Assembly: GCA_052390515.1 (NCBI GenBank)
Contig: JBQTGV010000156.1
Span: forward strand, 1 to 12,046
Reading direction: 5' to 3'
Source of the DNA: Candidatus Eiseniibacteriota bacterium
GTDB taxonomy: Bacteria; ARS69
Length of the DNA: 12,046 nt
The position numbers and the translations under genes are program-made. Under the pieces are notes generated by a model. The model was not told where the DNA came from. It saw only the letters and a program-made list of their open reading frames with translations, and did no database searches. How positions within the stretch are numbered: position 1 is the first letter of the stretch; each line of letters begins with the position of its first letter. Shown piece after piece: positions 7,353-12,046 of the stretch.

Positions 7353-8674
7353 CGACGAAGACGAACGCACCGGCCGACACCGCTTCCGAGGTCCGGCGCA
7401 AGCACGCCGAGTACCTCCTGCCGGCGGTGGCGAACTACTACGCGGAGCCGCTGGTGCTGCACCGCGGCGAGGGCATGTACGTCACCGACGTCGACGGCAA
7501 CCGCTACCTGGACTTCTTCGGCGGGATCCTGACGGTGAGCATCGGCCACTGCGATCCGCGCGTGACCGCGCCGATCAAGGCGCAGGTGGACCGCCTGGGC
7601 CACGTCTCCAGCCTCTACCCCACCGTGCCGGTGGTGGAGCTGGCCGAGCGGCTCGCCCGGCTCACCCCCGGCCGCCTCAAGAAGAGCATCTTCAACGCTT
7701 CGGGCACGGACGCCGACGACACCGCCGTCGTGCTCGCGCAGGTGTATACCGGGGCGCTGGAGATCATCGCCCTGCGGCACGGCTACTCCGGACGCGGCAC
7801 GCTGGCGCAGTCCTTGACCGGGCACGCGCCGTGGCGCGCCGTGCCGAGCCAGGTCGCCGGGATCAAGCACGCCATGGCGCCGTACTGCTACCGTTGCCCG
7901 CTCGGGCTCAAGTATCCCGACTGCGGCGTGAAGTGCGCGAAGGACATCGAGGATCTGATCCAGACGACGACGACGGGCAAGGTCGCCGGGTTCCTGGCCG
8001 AGCCGATCCAGGGAGTCGGCGGCTTCATCACGCCGCCGGCCGAGTACTTCGAGATCGCCGTGGGCATCGTGCGCAAGTTCGGCGGCGTGTTCATCTGCGA
8101 CGAAGTGCAGACCGGCTTCGGCCGGACCGGCACGCACTGGTTCGGGATCTCCCACTGGGGCGTCGAGCCCGACATCATGACCATGGCGAAAGGCATCGCC
8201 AACGGCATGCCGCTTGGCGTCTGCATCGCCACGCCGGAGATCGCCGACGCGTTCAAGAAGCTGACGATCTCGACGTTCGGCGGAAACCCGGTGAGCTGCG
8301 CCGCCGCGAACGCCACGCTCGACGTCATGGAGCAGGAGAACCTTCCGGAGAAGGCGGCACGCACCGGGGCGAAGCTCCGGGCGGGGCTCGAGGAGCTGCA
8401 GAAGCGCTTCCCGAAGCGCATCGGCGACGTCCGCGGCAAGGGCCTGATGCAGGGGCTCGAGCTGGTCGTCGACGAGGCCGCCGGCGACCGCACGCCGGAT
8501 CCCGCCGCCACCACGCGGCTCTTCGAGGAGACGAAGAAGCGCGGCCTCCTCATCGGCAAGGGTGGTCTCTACGGTAACTGCATCCGCATCTCCCCGCCGC
8601 TCACCGTTTCGGGCGGGGACATCGACGACGCACTCGGCATCTTCCGGGAGGCGTTCGAGGCGATGGAGAGCTGA
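7349..8674 (+). CDS. Class III PLP aminotransferase, probable beta-alanine/3-aminoisobutyrate aminotransferase (AGXT2/PYD4-like)
   Basis: YLDFFGGILTVSIGH, AEPIQGVGG, DEVQTGFGRTG, MAKGIANGMP (PLP Lys), TFGGNP and DVRGKGLMQG. ATGA overlap with hydA. Substrate is inferred from context. Confidence 0.88.
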   Translation: MTTKTNAPADTASEVRRKHAEYLLPAVANYYAEPLVLHRGEGMYVTDVDGNRYLDFFGGILTVSIGHCDPRVTAPIKAQVDRLGHVSSLYPTVPVVELAERLARLTPGRLKKSIFNASGTDADDTAVVLAQVYTGALEIIALRHGYSGRGTLAQSLTGHAPWRAVPSQVAGIKHAMAPYCYRCPLGLKYPDCGVKCAKDIEDLIQTTTTGKVAGFLAEPIQGVGGFITPPAEYFEIAVGIVRKFGGVFICDEVQTGFGRTGTHWFGISHWGVEPDIMTMAKGIANGMPLGVCIATPEIADAFKKLTISTFGGNPVSCAAANATLDVMEQENLPEKAARTGAKLRAGLEELQKRFPKRIGDVRGKGLMQGLELVVDEAAGDRTPDPAATTRLFEETKKRGLLIGKGGLYGNCIRISPPLTVSGGDIDDALGIFREAFEAMES

Positions 8675-8675
8675 C

Positions 8676-10022
8676 GTGAGCGGGCTGCCGGGATCCGCGC
8701 GCTCGGAGTTCGAGCTGCCGGGCGACCGCCTGGAGACGCGGTTCGCCGACAAGAACCCGCCGTTCACGGCGGCGGAGGCGGCGGAGGCGGCCGCGCGCTG
8801 CATCTACTGTTACGATGCCCCGTGCATCCGCGCCTGCCCCACTTCCATCGACATCCCCGTGTTCATCCGGCAGATCGCCACGCGGAATCCGCGCGGCGCG
8901 GCCCGCACCATCCTGCGCTCCAACCTGCTCGGCGCGAGCTGCGCGCGCGTCTGCCCGGTGGAGGTCCTGTGCGAAGGCTCGTGCGTGTACAACAACGACG
9001 GCCGGCCGGCGGTGGCGATCGGGCGGCTGCAGCGCTGGGCGATGGATCACGGCGCCTCGCCCGACCTGCTCGAGCGCCGGCCACCGACGGAGCGCTCCGT
9101 CGCCTGCGTCGGCGCGGGGCCGGCCTCGCTGGCGTGCGCGGGCACGGCGGCGCTGCTCGGACACCAGGCCGTCGTCTACGAGAAGGGCGAGCTGCCCGGC
9201 GGGCTCAACACCACGGGAGTGGCGCCGTACAAGTTCCGCGCGGACGACTCCCTGCTCGAGGTGGACTTCATCCGCAGCCTCGGCGTCGAGATCAGGACCG
9301 GCGTGCGCGTCGGCACGGACGTGACGGGCAAGCAGCTCTTGGAACGCCACGACGCCGTGTTCCTCGGGGTCGGGCTCGGTGCGGACTCGAAGCTCGGCGT
9401 GCAGGGCGAGGACGGACCCGGCGTGGCCGGCGCGGTCGAGTGGATCGAGTGGATCAAGACGGATCCCGGCGCGAAGCTCGACGGCATCCGCCGCGCCGCC
9501 GTCATCGGCGGGGGAAACACCGCCGTCGACGCGGTCCGCGAGCTGCGCGGCCTGGGCGTCGCCGAGGTGACCTGCATCGTGCGCCGGCCGGCGGGCGAGA
9601 TGAAGGCCTACGACCACGAGGTGGAAGCGGCGCGGAAGGAAGGCGCCGTCATCGTCGACCGCGCCGCCGTAGCGGAGATCGTCCGCGAGAAGGGGCGGAT
9701 CCGCGCCCTTCGCCTCGTCGAGACCGAGGACGGCAAGCCGACGGACGTGGAGAAGGCGCTGCTGCCGGCCGAGCTCGTGCTGCTGGCCATCGGCCAGTCC
9801 AAGCTCGCCACGCTCGCCCGCTCCTTCCCCGGCGTCGAGTGCGACAAGCAGGGCCGCATCGTCGCCGACCCCCAGACGCTGCGCACCGGGAACCCGCGGG
9901 TCTACGCCGGCGGCGACGCGCTCAACGGCGGCAAGGAAGTGGTGAACGCCGTACACGACGGGCAGCTCGCCGCGCGCTCCATCCACGCCGCGCTGGCCGC
10001 CGGGGAGATTCGCCGTGGCTGA
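8676..10022 (+). CDS. preT: Dihydropyrimidine dehydrogenase subunit A (GltD-like FAD/Fe-S/NAD(P)H subunit)
   Basis: CIYCYDAPCIRACP and CARVCPVEVLCEGSC Fe-S motifs; VGAGPAS (FAD), IGGGNTAVD (NAD(P)H) and YAGGD. Start reassigned to GTG 8676, after GGAGAG and 1 nt beyond the upstream stop; 448 aa. Confidence 0.9.
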   Translation: MSGLPGSARSEFELPGDRLETRFADKNPPFTAAEAAEAAARCIYCYDAPCIRACPTSIDIPVFIRQIATRNPRGAARTILRSNLLGASCARVCPVEVLCEGSCVYNNDGRPAVAIGRLQRWAMDHGASPDLLERRPPTERSVACVGAGPASLACAGTAALLGHQAVVYEKGELPGGLNTTGVAPYKFRADDSLLEVDFIRSLGVEIRTGVRVGTDVTGKQLLERHDAVFLGVGLGADSKLGVQGEDGPGVAGAVEWIEWIKTDPGAKLDGIRRAAVIGGGNTAVDAVRELRGLGVAEVTCIVRRPAGEMKAYDHEVEAARKEGAVIVDRAAVAEIVREKGRIRALRLVETEDGKPTDVEKALLPAELVLLAIGQSKLATLARSFPGVECDKQGRIVADPQTLRTGNPRVYAGGDALNGGKEVVNAVHDGQLAARSIHAALAAGEIRRG

Positions 10023-11319
10023 TCTCACGACGAACCTGGCCGGCATCCAGAGCCCGAATCCCTTCTGGCTCGCGTCCGCGCCGCCGACGAACTCCGGGGA
10101 TCAGGTGATGCGCGCGTTCGACCTCGGCTGGGGCGGCGCCGTATGGAAGACGCTCGGCAATCCCATCGTGAACGTGTCGAGCCGGCTCGGCGGCATCGCC
10201 TACGGCGAACGGCGTCTCATGGGGCTCAACAACGTCGAGCTGATCACCGATCGGCCGCTGGCCGACAACCTTCGTGAGATCGCCGACGTCAAGAAGCGGT
10301 ACCCGGATCACGCGCTCGTCGTCTCGCTCATGTTCGACACGCGCGAGGAGTGGGAGGAGATGGTCCTCCGCTGCGAGGACACCGGCTGCGACGGGCTGGA
10401 GCTGAACTTCGGCTGCCCGCACGGCATGTGCGAGCGCGGCATGGGCTCGGCCGTCGGCCAGGAGCCCAAGGTGTTGGAGGAGCTGGTGCGCTGGGTCGTC
10501 GAGTCGACGCGTCTCCCGGTTATCGCCAAGCTGACACCCAACATCACCGATCCGAAGGATCCGGCGCGGGCCGCGCGGAGGGGCGGCGCGGCGGCCGTGT
10601 CGCTCATCAACACGGTGCAGAGCCTGATGGGCGTCGACCTCGATCGGCTCATCCCCTGCCCCGTCGTCGGGGACGCTTCGAGCCACGGCGGTTACTGCGG
10701 GCCGGCGGTCAAGCCGATCGCGCTGCGCATGGTGGCGGAGCTGGCGCGGGACGCGGAGTCGGGGCTGCCCATCTCGGGAATCGGCGGGATCGAGACGTGG
10801 CGGGATGCCGCGGAGTTCCTCGCCCTCGGCGCCACGAACGTGCAGGTCTGCACCGCGGTGATGCACCACGGGTACCGCATCGTGGGCGAGATGATCGAGG
10901 GGCTGGACGATTACCTCGAGGCGAAGGGCATGAAGAGCGTCGGCGAGCTGGTCGGTGCGGCGCTGCCGGCCTTCCGGGAGTGGGGCGATCTCGATCTCAA
11001 CCACCATGTGGTCGCCGAGATCGACGAGGACCTGTGCATCAAGTGCCAGCTCTGCATCGTGGCCTGCCACGACGGTGCGCACCAGTGCGTCCATCCCGCG
11101 GCGACGGCGCCGGTGGCCGGCCGGCGCGCGCCCTGGGTGGACGAGCCGGAGTGCGTCGGCTGCAATCTCTGCCAGCTCGTGTGCCCCGTGGAGGGCTGCA
11201 TCACCATGGTGGAGCGGCGTCGCGGGCCTGGCCGCGAAAGCTGGAACGATCGGGTGGCGGCGGGGCGGGCGCACGTAGCGGGGGGACTGGCGGATCTGGG
11301 CGAACGCGGAGAGGCTTAG
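10015..11319 (+). CDS. preA: Dihydropyrimidine dehydrogenase subunit B (FMN TIM barrel + 2x[4Fe-4S])
   Basis: NPFWLASAPPT, GWGGAVWKT, GLNNVELI, ELNFGCPHGMCERGMG (catalytic Cys), AKLTPNIT, GGYCGPAVKPIAL and ISGIGGI; ferredoxin motifs CIKCQLCIVAC and CVGCNLCQLVCP. 8-nt overlap with preT. Confidence 0.96.
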   Translation: MADLTTNLAGIQSPNPFWLASAPPTNSGDQVMRAFDLGWGGAVWKTLGNPIVNVSSRLGGIAYGERRLMGLNNVELITDRPLADNLREIADVKKRYPDHALVVSLMFDTREEWEEMVLRCEDTGCDGLELNFGCPHGMCERGMGSAVGQEPKVLEELVRWVVESTRLPVIAKLTPNITDPKDPARAARRGGAAAVSLINTVQSLMGVDLDRLIPCPVVGDASSHGGYCGPAVKPIALRMVAELARDAESGLPISGIGGIETWRDAAEFLALGATNVQVCTAVMHHGYRIVGEMIEGLDDYLEAKGMKSVGELVGAALPAFREWGDLDLNHHVVAEIDEDLCIKCQLCIVACHDGAHQCVHPAATAPVAGRRAPWVDEPECVGCNLCQLVCPVEGCITMVERRRGPGRESWNDRVAAGRAHVAGGLADLGERGEA

Positions 11320-11443
11320 GCCGTGTGAGAGGCGTTAGTGGAGTGTCATCCCTCCCGCGGGCTGAACGATGCAACGTCGGACAACTGGGTCCTTCGCGGA
11401 TGGAGCTCGCGCGCGCATTCCGAGCGAGGTGTGGATTGCACCG

Positions 11444-11941
11444 ATGCTAGAAGGGTACGAACACATTGGAACCGTTGGTGAAGGCTACTTCGCCCTGGTG
11501 ACGAGGTATCGCCATAGCGCGACAGGAGGCGAGGTAGCCGTCAAGGCCCTTAAGAGCGACCATCGCACCGACCCCGAATCCCAGAGGCGACTCGCCCGCG
11601 AAATCGAGATCCTCGAGCACCTTCAGGAGCATCTGGCTGTCGTACCCCTCCTCGGTCGGTCGGCCGAGTCAACTGGCCCCGACATCGCGTACATGATGCC
11701 TCTCGCTGCGTCGAACCTCTACGACTTCATCCGGCGGAACAACACAAAGCTAGATCCGGAAGATCGGGCGACACTGTTCGACCGCGTGCTGCAAGCGATC
11801 GCAGCTGCGCACGAAAGAGGCTACCTCCACCGTGACATCTGCCCATCAAACGTCCTCGTCTTGCGTGCAAGCGATCCTCGCTCCGTCGTCGTCGCCGACT
11901 TCGGGTTAGGTAGAGACCTGACTAGTGTCCTGTTTGATTAG
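11444..11941 (+). pseudogene. Ser/Thr protein kinase, N-terminal part only, interrupted after DFG by a probable IS
   Basis: GEGYFALV, VAVKAL, RRLAREIEIL, YMMPLA, LHRDICPSNVLV and ADFGLGR are present. A stop follows 8 codons later, with the last codons (VLFD*) encoded by the IS-like end. The start is more likely ATG 11444 (GAGGTG at 11426-11431) than 11369. Confidence 0.8.
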
Positions 11942-12046
11942 TTCATGACAGATTGGGATCGATCTGCGAGTCTCTGGCAAGCTCCGTCCAAGGAGGGAAG
12001 AGATGCGCACGGGTCGAAGGTTGAATCGCTTCGTCTTGAGTCCGAC
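11923..12046 (+). mobile_element. Left end of a probable IS630-family insertion sequence (runs off the window)
   Basis: Begins at CTAG (11922-11925; a TA/CTAG target is typical of IS630) followed by GTGTCCTGTTTGATTAGTTC, which resembles IS630 terminal repeats I recognise. It coincides with the kinase break and is followed by an SD and a transposase-like start. The right end is not visible. Confidence 0.7.
12003..12046 (+). CDS. N-terminus of probable IS630-family transposase (3'-partial)
   Basis: AGGAGGG (11991-11997), then ATG 12003: MRTGRRLNRFVLSP…, resembling the MRTGRxxxxLxLsxeE start of many IS630 transposases. Only 14 codons are visible and the ORF is absent from the track. Confidence 0.6.
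   Translation, partial: MRTGRRLNRFVLSP

Noticed and set aside
4987-8675. ORF-track starts at 4987, 5892 and 8562
   Set aside because: These extensions overlap upstream genes and are low-complexity. SD-supported or coupled starts at 5083, 5952 and 8676 fit family N-termini.
11332-11341. GCGTTAG as an integron attC core site before the kinase
   Set aside because: GTTAGTG does not fit GTTRRRY, and I found no upstream RYYYAAC partner or attC stem.
3480-11450. Long antisense and alternate-frame ORFs over the operon (e.g. 3480..5141, 5901..7178, 7256..8803, 8601..10046, 9922..11274, 7261..8577, 8822..10108)
   Set aside because: Expected from stop-codon scarcity at high GC3. Each fully overlaps a clearly identified enzyme gene and has no motifs of its own.
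1939-11941. Two truncated kinases flanking the operon as a split-kinase system or recombination ends
   Set aside because: Both lack the same C-lobe part and so cannot complement. They differ in family and composition, show no evident DNA similarity, and have separate explanations (fusion versus IS insertion).
1-12046. tRNA, rRNA or riboswitch
   Set aside because: Intergenic spaces are short (under 180 nt) and show no cloverleaf or recognisable RNA motif by eye. An Rfam scan would be needed to exclude them fully.

Overview
GC-rich bacterial DNA in which all supportable genes lie on the + strand. (1) A probably 5'-incomplete secreted-type protein: 7 FG-GAP/VCBS-like repeats, an FN3-like domain and a C-terminal FlgD-Ig/T9SS-CTD-like domain. 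This architecture suggests an FCB-group host such as Eisenbacteria/Krumholzibacteriota/Latescibacterota-like lineages (inference). (2) A chimeric ORF: a Hanks Ser/Thr kinase that stops exactly at the P+1 loop (…LMTPRYA, no SPE motif or subdomains IX-XI) and runs in frame into a 7-repeat beta-propeller-like domain. (3) A tightly coupled six-gene reductive pyrimidine catabolism operon: mmsA, nitrilase-type beta-ureidopropionase, hydA, class III aminotransferase, preT, preA, with a good sigma70-type promoter carrying a small palindrome. (4) A lower-GC segment with a second, atypical kinase (HRDICPSN) cut just after DFG by a probable IS630-family element whose left end and transposase start close the window. 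The operon is known biology. The most unusual items are the kinase-propeller chimera and the IS-disrupted foreign kinase. I found no CRISPR array, RNA gene or convincing new multi-gene system.
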